This document shows positions 23,701-38,700 of a stretch of DNA of 64,000 bases, in pieces. The stretch covers positions 379,893 through 443,892 of the forward strand of contig JANHCV010000017.1 in the NCBI GenBank assembly GCA_025594325.1, read 5' to 3'. The notes under the pieces are model-generated. The model was not told the origin of the DNA, did no database searches, and was given only the letters and a program-made list of their open reading frames with translations. The DNA comes from Blastocladiella emersonii ATCC 22665 (Eukaryota > Fungi > Blastocladiomycota). Numbering within the stretch: the first letter of the stretch is position 1; each line of letters opens with the position of its first letter. The translations under genes were made by a program, and so were the position numbers.

Positions 23701-26700
23701 CCCAAACCGCCAGATACCCAAATCTACGACCACGTTGCGCACACTCCACTAGCCAACTCTTCGATCCCCTAATTATGGAGCCCGTCGTCAAAGTCCACGG
23801 TCCAATCAACGAGGTAAACAGCGAACTTGTCAAACTGCCAACCTGCCAACCAAACACCCACGCCGCTTCTCAAGCCACGGTGGGCCCGCGCATTTGCGTT
23901 GCCGTCCCAGCCAACGAAGGAATGACTGATGAGCCCTGGTAGCCTGCTAGACTGACAGCCTGACAGCGCCCGCTCAGTTGCTATTATCTATCTCGTAGGT
24001 AGTCTGGGAGGAGTTCGTTAGTCGATACGCGACCAGTCTCCTCCTGGCTGCCCGCTCTGCTGCCATCTCCAAGGCCCGCATGAAGATGGGCCAGGGAGGT
24101 TTACGAGCATTTCCTATCTCTCCTCTCTCCGTGTGAAACCATTCACCCGCGGACGGATGCGCACCACGCACCGTGCACCGCGCACCGCGCACCGCGCACC
24201 GCGCACCGTGCACCGCGCACCGCGCACCGCGCACCGCGCACCGCGCACCGCGCACAGCGCACCGCGGACAGCGCCCGATGCACCACACGCTGCGCACACG
24301 GCGCCAACGGCCACGCTGGTGTCACGCACACACACTCGCATGAACGGCAAGCAGGCAAGGCTTCCTCAACTCAACCATGATCCATCGTCCATGTCTGCTC
24401 GCTCCAACGGGTGCGCCTGCCTACCCTCCCAGTGCCATCGATTGATTGATTCATGTCCAGTGCTGCCCATGCTTTCATGGCCGCGGGGTCCGTCAGAACG
24501 CCTTGCAATGCGTGCGCCTGCATGCACCTGCACTGCAGAGCGCTGCAGAGGGCTGCACAGCGCTGCGGAGGGCTGCAGAGGGCTAAGGCGGCAGGGCTTC
24601 TCCTCCTGCAGGGGACAGTACCAAGGCCAAGGAGTGCTAGTGACTACTAACGGAATGGTGATTGGCCCCCTTCACACGCTCCTGGCAGGACTGCGTGTGG
24701 GCGTGCGGGCGTTTGTGCGTGCGTGCCTTGATTCGTCCACCATCATACGCGCAAAGTGACCAAGTGACCAAGTGACCAAGTGACCAAGTGACCAAGTGAC
24801 CAAGGTGACCAAGGTGACCAAGGTGACCAAGGTGACCAAGGTGACCAAGTGACACACAAGCACCAAGCTAGGGTGGCCGGGCGGCCATGGAACGTACTGC
24901 ATGGGAACCATTACCGTGGACTGGCCGCGGCCATTTATCGCAGCACAGCCCTGCCTGGCTCAGGACGCGGCGGGCGTGGGAGGCAGGCAGGGTAGATCGG
25001 TAGCAGCAGCAGGACCTGGCTAGCTGGCTGTCAAACAACACAAGTGAAGGGGTGCGTGAGGGAGGGTGTGTTGAATGAATGGATGGGTGGATGCAGGCAG
25101 AGAGAGACCTTCGTACGTGTCGTGGGTGATGAGGATTGGTTGGCCACCATCCACCAACGCCATGGCATGGCTGCGGGTGTCGCTGCGTGCGCCTTGGCGG
25201 GTGGTGTTGGTGGGTGGGTGGTCTTGGTGGGTGCTGTGGTGGTAGTGGAGCTAGAGTGGTGCCGTGGGGCTCTTGGGGTCCCCTTTCCTTCCTGTCTGGC
25301 CTAGGTGGGTCGGCGGACGCAGCGCGCATGCGGGCAAGGTAACAACATTGCTCACGCAATGGATCATGTATTTTATGGCAAGTAGTCTGCGAAGCAGAGA
25401 CGGGGATGTCCGGCCCAATCGGACCCTCCACGGATCACAATATGCACGCAATGAATTGACTGATGATAGGGATGTACCAAACCAGCCACGTAGACAATTG
25501 TCGTGGTTGTCGAACAAAACCATATTCAAATCTTTGGCAACGCGCCTGTCCAGCTAGCCAGGGACCCATGAATCACAGTATCGACCCAACAAGATATTAG
25601 ACCATGGTAATATAGTAAACCAACCTCGTACATAATTGTCATGGTACTCAAACAAAACCATATTCAAGTCTTTGCTTTCCCGCATATCCAGCTGGCCAGG
25701 GACCCATAAATCACAGTATCGAACGAACAAGATATCTTACCATGGAAATATAGTTAACCAGCCACGCGGACAATTGTCATGGTACTCAATCGAGACCACA
25801 TTCAAGTCTTTGCTCTCCCGCATGTCAAGCTGGTTGAAGGCCCATTAATCACAGTATCGACCCAACAAGATATTTGACCATGGAAACATAGTAAACCAGC
25901 CACGCGGATAATTGTCATGGTACTCAATCAAAACCATATTCATATTTTTGCTTCCCCGCATGTCAAGCTGGTTGAAGACCCATTAATCACAGTATCGAAC
26001 CAACAAAATATCTGACCATGGAAATATAGTTAACCAGCCACGCGGACAATTGTCATGGTACTCAATCGAAACCACATTCAAGTCTTTGCTCTCCCGCATG
26101 TCAAGCTGGTTGAAGGCCCATTAATCACAGTATCGACCCAACAAGATATTTGACCATGGAAATATAGTAAACCAGCCACGCGGATAATTGTCATGGTACT
26201 CAATCAAAACCATATTCAAGTCTTTGCTTTCCCGCACGTCCAGCTGGTTGAAGGCCCATAAATCACAGTATCGACCCAACAAAGTATCTGACAACCGAAA
26301 TATAGCAGACAATCCACGCAGACAATTGTCATGCCACCTAATCAAAACCATATTCAAGTCTTTGCTTTCCCACATGTCAAGCTGGTTGAAGGCCCATAAA
26401 TCACAGTATCGAACCAACGAAATATCTGACCATGGAAATATAGTAAAGCAGCCACGCAGATAATTGTCATGGTACTTAATCAAAACCATATTCATATTTT
26501 TGCTTCCCCGCATGTCAAGCTGGTTGAAGGCCCATAAATCACAGTATCGAACGAACAAGATATCTTACCATGGAAATATAGTTAACCAGCCACGCAAATG
26601 ATTGTCATGCCACTTAATCAAAACCATACTCAAATGGTCGATTACCCTCACGTCCAAGCGGCCAAGGACCCAAACCGCCAGATACCCAAATCTACGACCA

Positions 26701-29700
26701 CGTTGCGCACACTCCACTAGCCAACTCTTCGATCCCCTAATTATGGAGCCCGTCGTCAAAGTCCACGGTCCAATCAACGAGGTAAACAGCGAACTTGTCA
26801 AACTGCCAACCTGCCAACCAAACACCCACGCCGCTTCTCAAGCCACGGTGGGCCCGCGCATTTGCGTTGCCGTCCCAGCCAACGAAGGAATGACTGATGA
26901 GCCCTGGTAGCCTGCTAGACTGACAGCCTGACAGCGCCCGCTCAGTTGCTATTATCTATCTCGTAGGTAGTCTGGGAGGAGTTCGTTAGTCGATACGCGA
27001 CCAGTCTCCTCCTGGCTGCCCGCTCTGCTGCCATCTCCAAGGCCCGCATGAAGATGGGCCAGGGAGGTTTACGAGCATTTCCTATCTCTCCTCTCTCCGT
27101 GTGAAACCATTCACCCGCGGACGGATGCGCACCACGCACCGTGCACCGCGCACCGCGCACCGCGCACCGCGCACCGTGCACCGCGCACCGCGCACCGCGC
27201 ACAGCGCACCGCGGACAGCGCCCGATGCACCACACGCTGCGCACACGGCGCCAACGGCCACGCTGGTGTCACGCACACACACTCGCATGAACGGCAAGCA
27301 GGCAAGGCTTCCTCAACTCAACCATGATCCATCGTCCATGTCTGCTCGCTCCAACGGGTGCGCCTGCCTACCCTCCCAGTGCCATCGATTGATTGATTCA
27401 TGTCCAGTGCTGCCCATGCTTTCATGGCCGCGGGGTCCGTCAGAACGCCTTGCAATGCGTGCGCCTGCATGCACCTGCACTGCAGAGCGCTGCAGAGGGC
27501 TGCACAGCGCTGCGGAGGGCTGCAGAGGGCTAAGGCGGCAGGGCTTCTCCTCCTGCAGGGGACAGTACCAAGGCCAAGGAGTGCTAGTGACTACTAACGG
27601 AATGGTGATTGGCCCCCTTCACACGCTCCTGGCAGGACTGCGTGTGGGCGTGCGGGCGTTTGTGCGTGCGTGCCTTGATTCGTCCACCATCATACGCGCA
27701 AAGTGACCAAGTGACCAAGTGACCAAGTGACCAAGTGACCAAGTGACCAAGGTGACCAAGGTGACCAAGGTGACCAAGGTGACCAAGGTGACCAAGTGAC
27801 ACACAAGCACCAAGCTAGGGTGGCCGGGCGGCCATGGAACGTACTGCATGGGAACCATTACCGTGGACTGGCCGCGGCCATTTATCGCAGCACAGCCCTG
27901 CCTGGCTCAGGACGCGGCGGGCGTGGGAGGCAGGCAGGGTAGATCGGTAGCAGCAGCAGGACCTGGCTAGCTGGCTGTCAAACAACACAAGTGAAGGGGT
28001 GCGTGAGGGAGGGTGTGTTGAATGAATGGATGGGTGGATGCAGGCAGAGAGAGACCTTCGTACGTGTCGTGGGTGATGAGGATTGGTTGGCCACCATCCA
28101 CCAACGCCATGGCATGGCTGCGGGTGTCGCTGCGTGCGCCTTGGCGGGTGGTGTTGGTGGGTGGGTGGTCTTGGTGGGTGCTGTGGTGGTAGTGGAGCTA
28201 GAGTGGTGCCGTGGGGCTCTTGGGGTCCCCTTTCCTTCCTGTCTGGCCTAGGTGGGTCGGCGGACGCAGCGCGCATGCGGGCAAGGTAACAACATTGCTC
28301 ACGCAATGGATCATGTATTTTATGGCAAGTAGTCTGCGAAGCAGAGACGGGGATGTCCGGCCCAATCGGACCCTCCACGGATCACAATATGCACGCAATG
28401 AATTGACTGATGATAGGGATGTACCAAACCAGCAACGTAGACAATTGTCGTGGTTGTCGAACAAAACCATATTCAAATCTTTGGCAACGCGCCTGTCCAG
28501 CTAGCCAGGGACCCATGAATCACAGTATCGACCCAACAAGATATTAGACCATGGTAATATAGTAAACCAACCTCGTACATAATTGTCATGGTACTCAAAC
28601 AAAACCATATTCAAGTCTTTGCTTTCCCGCATATCCAGCTGGCCAGGGACCCATAAATCACAGTATCGAACGAACAAGATATCTTACCATGGAAATATAG
28701 TTAACCAGCCACGCGGACAATTGTCATGGTACTCAATCGAGACCACATTCAAGTCTTTGCTCTCCCGCATGTCAAGCTGGTTGAAGGCCCATTAATCACA
28801 GTATCGACCCAACAAGATATTTGACCATGGAAACATAGTAAACCAGCCACGCGGATAATTGTCATGGTACTCAATCAAAACCATATTCATATTTTTGCTT
28901 CCCCGCATGTCAAGCTGGTTGAAGACCCATTAATCACAGTATCGAACCAACAAAATATCTGACCATGGAAATATAGTTAACCAGCCACGCGGACAATTGT
29001 CATGGTACTCAATCGAAACCACATTCAAGTCTTTGCTCTCCCGCATGTCAAGCTGGTTGAAGGCCCATAAATCACAGTATCGACCCAACAAGATATTTGA
29101 CCATGGAAATATAGTAAACCAGCCACGCGGATAATTGTCATGGTACTCAATCAAAACCATATTCAAGTCTTTGCTTTCCCGCACGTCCAGCTGGTTGAAG
29201 GCCCATAAATCACAGTATCGACCCAACAAAGTATCTGACAACCGAAATATAGCAGACAATCCACGCAGACAATTGTCATGCCACCTAATCAAAACCATAT
29301 TCAAGTCTTTGCTTTCCCACATGTCAAGCTGGTTGAAGGCCCATAAATCACAGTATCGAACCAACGAAATATCTGACCATGGAAATATAGTAAAGCAGCC
29401 ACGCAGATAATTGTCATGGTACTTAATCAAAACCATATTCATATTTTTGCTTCCCCGCATGTCAAGCTGGTTGAAGGCCCATAAATCACAGTATCGAACG
29501 AACAAGATATCTTACCATGGAAATATAGTTAACCAGCCACGCAAATGATTGTCATGCCACTTAATCAAAACCATACTCAAATGGTCGATTACCCTCACGT
29601 CCAAGCGGCCAAGGACCCAAACCGCCAGATACCCAAATCTACGACCACGTTGCGCACACTCCACTAGCCAACTCTTCGATCCCCTAATTATGGAGCCCGT

Positions 29701-32700
29701 CGTCAAAGTCCACGGTCCAATCAACGAGGTAAACAGCGAACTTGTCAAACTGCCAACCTGCCAACCAAACACCCACGCCGCTTCTCAAGCCACGGTGGGC
29801 CCGCGCATTTGCGTTGCCGTCCCAGCCAACGAAGGAATGACTGATGAGCCCTGGTAGCCTGCTAGACTGACAGCCTGACAGCGCCCGCTCAGTTGCTATT
29901 ATCTATCTCGTAGGTAGTCTGGGAGGAGTTCGTTAGTCGATACGCGACCAGTCTCCTCCTGGCTGCCCGCTCTGCTGCCATCTCCAAGGCCCGCATGAAG
30001 ATGGGCCAGGGAGGTTTACGAGCATTTCCTATCTCTCCTCTCTCCGTGTGAAACCATTCACCCGCGGACGGATGCGCACCACGCACCGTGCACCGCGCAC
30101 CGCGCACCGCGCACCGCGCACCGTGCACCGCGCACCGCGCACCGCGCACAGCGCACCGCGGACAGCGCCCGATGCACCACACGCTGCGCACACGGCGCCA
30201 ACGGCCACGCTGGTGTCACGCACACACACTCGCATGAACGGCAAGCAGGCAAGGCTTCCTCAACTCAACCATGATCCATCGTCCATGTCTGCTCGCTCCA
30301 ACGGGTGCGCCTGCCTACCCTCCCAGTGCCATCGATTGATTGATTCATGTCCAGTGCTGCCCATGCTTTCATGGCCGCGGGGTCCGTCAGAACGCCTTGC
30401 AATGCGTGCGCCTGCATGCACCTGCACTGCAGAGCGCTGCAGAGGGCTGCACAGCGCTGCGGAGGGCTGCAGAGGGCTAAGGCGGCAGGGCTTCTCCTCC
30501 TGCAGGGGACAGTACCAAGGCCAAGGAGTGCTAGTGACTACTAACGGAATGGTGATTGGCCCCCTTCACACGCTCCTGGCAGGACTGCGTGTGGGCGTGC
30601 GGGCGTTTGTGCGTGCGTGCCTTGATTCGTCCACCATCATACGCGCAAAGTGACCAAGTGACCAAGTGACCAAGTGACCAAGTGACCAAGTGACCAAGGT
30701 GACCAAGGTGACCAAGGTGACCAAGGTGACCAAGGTGACCAAGTGACACACAAGCACCAAGCTAGGGTGGCCGGGCGGCCATGGAACGTACTGCATGGGA
30801 ACCATTACCGTGGACTGGCCGCGGCCATTTATCGCAGCACAGCCCTGCCTGGCTCAGGACGCGGCGGGCGTGGGAGGCAGGCAGGGTAGATCGGTAGCAG
30901 CAGCAGGACCTGGCTAGCTGGCTGTCAAACAACACAAGTGAAGGGGTGCGTGAGGGAGGGTGTGTTGAATGAATGGATGGGTGGATGCAGGCAGAGAGAG
31001 ACCTTCGTACGTGTCGTGGGTGATGAGGATTGGTTGGCCACCATCCACCAACGCCATGGCATGGCTGCGGGTGTCGCTGCGTGCGCCTTGGCGGGTGGTG
31101 TTGGTGGGTGGGTGGTCTTGGTGGGTGCTGTGGTGGTAGTGGAGCTAGAGTGGTGCCGTGGGGCTCTTGGGGTCCCCTTTCCTTCCTGTCTGGCCTAGGT
31201 GGGTCGGCGGACGCAGCGCGCATGCGGGCAAGGTAACAACATTGCTCACGCAATGGATCATGTATTTTATGGCAAGTAGTCTGCGAAGCAGAGACGGGGA
31301 TGTCCGGCCCAATCGGACCCTCCACGGATCACAATATGCACGCAATGAATTGACTGATGATAGGGATGTACCAAACCAGCAACGTAGACAATTGTCGTGG
31401 TTGTCGAACAAAACCATATTCAAATCTTTGGCAACGCGCCTGTCCAGCTAGCCAGGGACCCATGAATCACAGTATCGACCCAACAAGATATTAGACCATG
31501 GTAATATAGTAAACCAACCTCGTACATAATTGTCATGGTACTCAAACAAAACCATATTCAAGTCTTTGCTTTCCCGCATATCCAGCTGGCCAGGGACCCA
31601 TAAATCACAGTATCGAACGAACAAGATATCTTACCATGGAAATATAGTTAACCAGCCACGCGGACAATTGTCATGGTACTCAATCGAGACCACATTCAAG
31701 TCTTTGCTCTCCCGCATGTCAAGCTGGTTGAAGGCCCATTAATCACAGTATCGACCCAACAAGATATTTGACCATGGAAACATAGTAAACCAGCCACGCG
31801 GATAATTGTCATGGTACTCAATCAAAACCATATTCATATTTTTGCTTCCCCGCATGTCAAGCTGGTTGAAGACCCATTAATCACAGTATCGAACCAACAA
31901 AATATCTGACCATGGAAATATAGTTAACCAGCCACGCGGACAATTGTCATGGTACTCAATCGAAACCACATTCAAGTCTTTGCTCTCCCGCATGTCAAGC
32001 TGGTTGAAGGCCCATAAATCACAGTATCGACCCAACAAGATATTTGACCATGGAAATATAGTAAACCAGCCACGCGGATAATTGTCATGGTACTCAATCA
32101 AAACCATATTCAAGTCTTTGCTTTCCCGCACGTCCAGCTGGTTGAAGGCCCATAAATCACAGTATCGACCCAACAAAGTATCTGACAACCGAAATATAGC
32201 AGACAATCCACGCAGACAATTGTCATGCCACCTAATCAAAACCATATTCAAGTCTTTGCTTTCCCACATGTCAAGCTGGTTGAAGGCCCATAAATCACAG
32301 TATCGAACCAACGAAATATCTGACCATGGAAATATAGTAAAGCAGCCACGCAGATAATTGTCATGGTACTTAATCAAAACCATATTCATATTTTTGCTTC
32401 CCCGCATGTCAAGCTGGTTGAAGGCCCATAAATCACAGTATCGAACGAACAAGATATCTTACCATGGAAATATAGTTAACCAGCCACGCAAATGATTGTC
32501 ATGCCACTTAATCAAAACCATACTCAAATGGTCGATTACCCTCACGTCCAAGCGGCCAAGGACCCAAACCGCCAGATACCCAAATCTACGACCACGTTGC
32601 GCACACTCCACTAGCCAACTCTTCGATCCCCTAATTATGGAGCCCGTCGTCAAAGTCCACGGTCCAATCAACGAGGTAAACAGCGAACTTGTCAAACTGC

Positions 32701-35700
32701 CAACCTGCCAACCAAACACCCACGCCGCTTCTCAAGCCACGGTGGGCCCGCGCATTTGCGTTGCCGTCCCAGCCAACGAAGGAATGACTGATGAGCCCTG
32801 GTAGCCTGCTAGACTGACAGCCTGACAGCGCCCGCTCAGTTGCTATTATCTATCTCGTAGGTAGTCTGGGAGGAGTTCGTTAGTCGATACGCGACCAGTC
32901 TCCTCCTGGCTGCCCGCTCTGCTGCCATCTCCAAGGCCCGCATGAAGATGGGCCAGGGAGGTTTACGAGCATTTCCTATCTCTCCTCTCTCCGTGTGAAA
33001 CCATTCACCCGCGGACGGATGCGCACCACGCACCGTGCACCGCGCACCGCGCACCGCGCACCGCGCACCGTGCACCGCGCACCGCGCACCGCGCACAGCG
33101 CACCGCGGACAGCGCACCGCGGACAGCGCCCGATGCACCACACGCTGCGCACACGGCGCCAACGGCCACGCTGGTGTCACGCACACACACTCGCATGAAC
33201 GGCAAGCAGGCAAGGCTTCCTCAACTCAACCATGATCCATCGTCCATGTCTGCTCGCTCCAACGGGTGCGCCTGCCTACCCTCCCAGTGCCATCGATTGA
33301 TTGATTCATGTCCAGTGCTGCCCATGCTTTCATGGCCGCGGGGTCCGTCAGAACGCCTTGCAATGCGTGCGCCTGCATGCACCTGCACTGCAGAGCGCTG
33401 CAGAGGGCTGCACAGCGCTGCGGAGGGCTGCAGAGGGCTAAGGCGGCAGGGCTTCTCCTCCTGCAGGGGACAGTACCAAGGCCAAGGAGTGCTAGTGACT
33501 ACTAACGGAATGGTGATTGGCCCCCTTCACACGCTCCTGGCAGGACTGCGTGTGGGCGTGCGGGCGTTTGTGCGTGCGTGCCTTGATTCGTCCACCATCA
33601 TACGCGCAAAGTGACCAAGTGACCAAGTGACCAAGTGACCAAGTGACCAAGTGACCAAGGTGACCAAGGTGACCAAGGTGACCAAGGTGACCAAGGTGAC
33701 CAAGTGACACACAAGCACCAAGCTAGGGTGGCCGGGCGGCCATGGAACGTACTGCATGGGAACCATTACCGTGGACTGGCCGCGGCCATTTATCGCAGCA
33801 CAGCCCTGCCTGGCTCAGGACGCGGCGGGCGTGGGAGGCAGGCAGGGTAGATCGGTAGCAGCAGCAGGACCTGGCTAGCTGGCTGTCAAACAACACAAGT
33901 GAAGGGGTGCGTGAGGGAGGGTGTGTTGAATGAATGGATGGGTGGATGCAGGCAGAGAGAGACCTTCGTACGTGTCGTGGGTGATGAGGATTGGTTGGCC
34001 ACCATCCACCAACGCCATGGCATGGCTGCGGGTGTCGCTGCGTGCGCCTTGGCGGGTGGTGTTGGTGGGTGGGTGGTCTTGGTGGGTGCTGTGGTGGTAG
34101 TGGAGCTAGAGTGGTGCCGTGGGGCTCTTGGGGTCCCCTTTCCTTCCTGTCTGGCCTAGGTGGGTCGGCGGACGCAGCGCGCATGCGGGCAAGGTAACAA
34201 CATTGCTCACGCAATGGATCATGTATTTTATGGCAAGTAGTCTGCGAAGCAGAGACGGGGATGTCCGGCCCAATCGGACCCTCCACGGATCACAATATGC
34301 ACGCAATGAATTGACTGATGATAGGGATGTACCAAACCAGCAACGTAGACAATTGTCGTGGTTGTCGAACAAAACCATATTCAAATCTTTGGCAACGCGC
34401 CTGTCCAGCTAGCCAGGGACCCATGAATCACAGTATCGACCCAACAAGATATTAGACCATGGTAATATAGTAAACCAACCTCGTACATAATTGTCATGGT
34501 ACTCAAACAAAACCATATTCAAGTCTTTGCTTTCCCGCATATCCAGCTGGCCAGGGACCCATAAATCACAGTATCGAACGAACAAGATATCTTACCATGG
34601 AAATATAGTTAACCAGCCACGCGGACAATTGTCATGGTACTCAATCGAGACCACATTCAAGTCTTTGCTCTCCCGCATGTCAAGCTGGTTGAAGGCCCAT
34701 TAATCACAGTATCGACCCAACAAGATATTTGACCATGGAAACATAGTAAACCAGCCACGCGGATAATTGTCATGGTACTCAATCAAAACCATATTCATAT
34801 TTTTGCTTCCCCGCATGTCAAGCTGGTTGAAGACCCATTAATCACAGTATCGAACCAACAAAATATCTGACCATGGAAATATAGTTAACCAGCCACGCGG
34901 ACAATTGTCATGGTACTCAATCGAAACCACATTCAAGTCTTTGCTCTCCCGCATGTCAAGCTGGTTGAAGGCCCATAAATCACAGTATCGACCCAACAAG
35001 ATATTTGACCATGGAAATATAGTAAACCAGCCACGCGGATAATTGTCATGGTACTCAATCAAAACCATATTCAAGTCTTTGCTTTCCCGCACGTCCAGCT
35101 GGTTGAAGGCCCATAAATCACAGTATCGACCCAACAAAGTATCTGACAACCGAAATATAGCAGACAATCCACGCAGACAATTGTCATGCCACCTAATCAA
35201 AACCATATTCAAGTCTTTGCTTTCCCACATGTCAAGCTGGTTGAAGGCCCATAAATCACAGTATCGAACCAACGAAATATCTGACCATGGAAATATAGTA
35301 AAGCAGCCACGCAGATAATTGTCATGGTACTTAATCAAAACCATATTCATATTTTTGCTTCCCCGCATGTCAAGCTGGTTGAAGGCCCATAAATCACAGT
35401 ATCGAACGAACAAGATATCTTACCATGGAAATATAGTTAACCAGCCACGCAAATGATTGTCATGCCACTTAATCAAAACCATACTCAAATGGTCGATTAC
35501 CCTCACGTCCAAGCGGCCAAGGACCCAAACCGCCAGATACCCAAATCTACGACCACGTTGCGCACACTCCACTAGCCAACTCTTCGATCCCCTAATTATG
35601 GAGCCCGTCGTCAAAGTCCACGGTCCAATCAACGAGGTAAACAGCGAACTTGTCAAACTGCCAACCTGCCAACCAAACACCCACGCCGCTTCTCAAGCCA

Positions 35701-38700
35701 CGGTGGGCCCGCGCATTTGCGTTGCCGTCCCAGCCAACGAAGGAATGACTGATGAGCCCTGGTAGCCTGCTAGACTGACAGCCTGACAGCGCCCGCTCAG
35801 TTGCTATTATCTATCTCGTAGGTAGTCTGGGAGGAGTTCGTTAGTCGATACGCGACCAGTCTCCTCCTGGCTGCCCGCTCTGCTGCCATCTCCAAGGCCC
35901 GCATGAAGATGGGCCAGGGAGGTTTACGAGCATTTCCTATCTCTCCTCTCTCCGTGTGAAACCATTCACCCGCGGACGGATGCGCACCACGCACCGTGCA
36001 CCGCGCACCGCGCACCGCGCACCGCGCACCGTGCACCGCGCACCGCGCACCGCGCACAGCGCACCGCGGACAGCGCCCGATGCACCACACGCTGCGCACA
36101 CGGCGCCAACGGCCACGCTGGTGTCACGCACACACACTCGCATGAACGGCAAGCAGGCAAGGCTTCCTCAACTCAACCATGATCCATCGTCCATGTCTGC
36201 TCGCTCCAACGGGTGCGCCTGCCTACCCTCCCAGTGCCATCGATTGATTGATTCATGTCCAGTGCTGCCCATGCTTTCATGGCCGCGGGGTCCGTCAGAA
36301 CGCCTTGCAATGCGTGCGCCTGCATGCACCTGCACTGCAGAGCGCTGCAGAGGGCTGCACAGCGCTGCGGAGGGCTGCAGAGGGCTAAGGCGGCAGGGCT
36401 TCTCCTCCTGCAGGGGACAGTACCAAGGCCAAGGAGTGCTAGTGACTACTAACGGAATGGTGATTGGCCCCCTTCACACGCTCCTGGCAGGACTGCGTGT
36501 GGGCGTGCGGGCGTTTGTGCGTGCGTGCCTTGATTCGTCCACCATCATACGCGCAAAGTGACCAAGTGACCAAGTGACCAAGTGACCAAGTGACCAAGTG
36601 ACCAAGGTGACCAAGGTGACCAAGGTGACCAAGGTGACCAAGGTGACCAAGTGACACACAAGCACCAAGCTAGGGTGGCCGGGCGGCCATGGAACGTACT
36701 GCATGGGAACCATTACCGTGGACTGGCCGCGGCCATTTATCGCAGCACAGCCCTGCCTGGCTCAGGACGCGGCGGGCGTGGGAGGCAGGCAGGGTAGATC
36801 GGTAGCAGCAGCAGGACCTGGCTAGCTGGCTGTCAAACAACACAAGTGAAGGGGTGCGTGAGGGAGGGTGTGTTGAATGAATGGATGGGTGGATGCAGGC
36901 AGAGAGAGACCTTCGTACGTGTCGTGGGTGATGAGGATTGGTTGGCCACCATCCACCAACGCCATGGCATGGCTGCGGGTGTCGCTGCGTGCGCCTTGGC
37001 GGGTGGTGTTGGTGGGTGGGTGGTCTTGGTGGGTGCTGTGGTGGTAGTGGAGCTAGAGTGGTGCCGTGGGGCTCTTGGGGTCCCCTTTCCTTCCTGTCTG
37101 GCCTAGGTGGGTCGGCGGACGCAGCGCGCATGCGGGCAAGGTAACAACATTGCTCACGCAATGGATCATGTATTTTATGGCAAGTAGTCTGCGAAGCAGA
37201 GACGGGGATGTCCGGCCCAATCGGACCCTCCACGGATCACAATATGCACGCAATGAATTGACTGATGATAGGGATGTACCAAACCAGCAACGTAGACAAT
37301 TGTCGTGGTTGTCGAACAAAACCATATTCAAATCTTTGGCAACGCGCCTGTCCAGCTAGCCAGGGACCCATGAATCACAGTATCGACCCAACAAGATATT
37401 AGACCATGGTAATATAGTAAACCAACCTCGTACATAATTGTCATGGTACTCAAACAAAACCATATTCAAGTCTTTGCTTTCCCGCATATCCAGCTGGCCA
37501 GGGACCCATAAATCACAGTATCGAACGAACAAGATATCTTACCATGGAAATATAGTTAACCAGCCACGCGGACAATTGTCATGGTACTCAATCGAGACCA
37601 CATTCAAGTCTTTGCTCTCCCGCATGTCAAGCTGGTTGAAGGCCCATTAATCACAGTATCGACCCAACAAGATATTTGACCATGGAAACATAGTAAACCA
37701 GCCACGCGGATAATTGTCATGGTACTCAATCAAAACCATATTCATATTTTTGCTTCCCCGCATGTCAAGCTGGTTGAAGACCCATTAATCACAGTATCGA
37801 ACCAACAAAATATCTGACCATGGAAATATAGTTAACCAGCCACGCGGACAATTGTCATGGTACTCAATCGAAACCACATTCAAGTCTTTGCTCTCCCGCA
37901 TGTCAAGCTGGTTGAAGGCCCATAAATCACAGTATCGACCCAACAAGATATTTGACCATGGAAATATAGTAAACCAGCCACGCGGATAATTGTCATGGTA
38001 CTCAATCAAAACCATATTCAAGTCTTTGCTTTCCCGCACGTCCAGCTGGTTGAAGGCCCATAAATCACAGTATCGACCCAACAAAGTATCTGACAACCGA
38101 AATATAGCAGACAATCCACGCAGACAATTGTCATGCCACCTAATCAAAACCATATTCAAGTCTTTGCTTTCCCACATGTCAAGCTGGTTGAAGGCCCATA
38201 AATCACAGTATCGAACCAACGAAATATCTGACCATGGAAATATAGTAAAGCAGCCACGCAGATAATTGTCATGGTACTTAATCAAAACCATATTCATATT
38301 TTTGCTTCCCCGCATGTCAAGCTGGTTGAAGGCCCATAAATCACAGTATCGAACGAACAAGATATCTTACCATGGAAATATAGTTAACCAGCCACGCAAA
38401 TGATTGTCATGCCACTTAATCAAAACCATACTCAAATGGTCGATTACCCTCACGTCCAAGCGGCCAAGGACCCAAACCGCCAGATACCCAAATCTACGAC
38501 CACGTTGCGCACACTCCACTAGCCAACTCTTCGATCCCCTAATTATGGAGCCCGTCGTCAAAGTCCACGGTCCAATCAACGAGGTAAACAGCGAACTTGT
38601 CAAACTGCCAACCTGCCAACCAAACACCCACGCCGCTTCTCAAGCCACGGTGGGCCCGCGCATTTGCGTTGCCGTCCCAGCCAACGAAGGAATGACTGAT

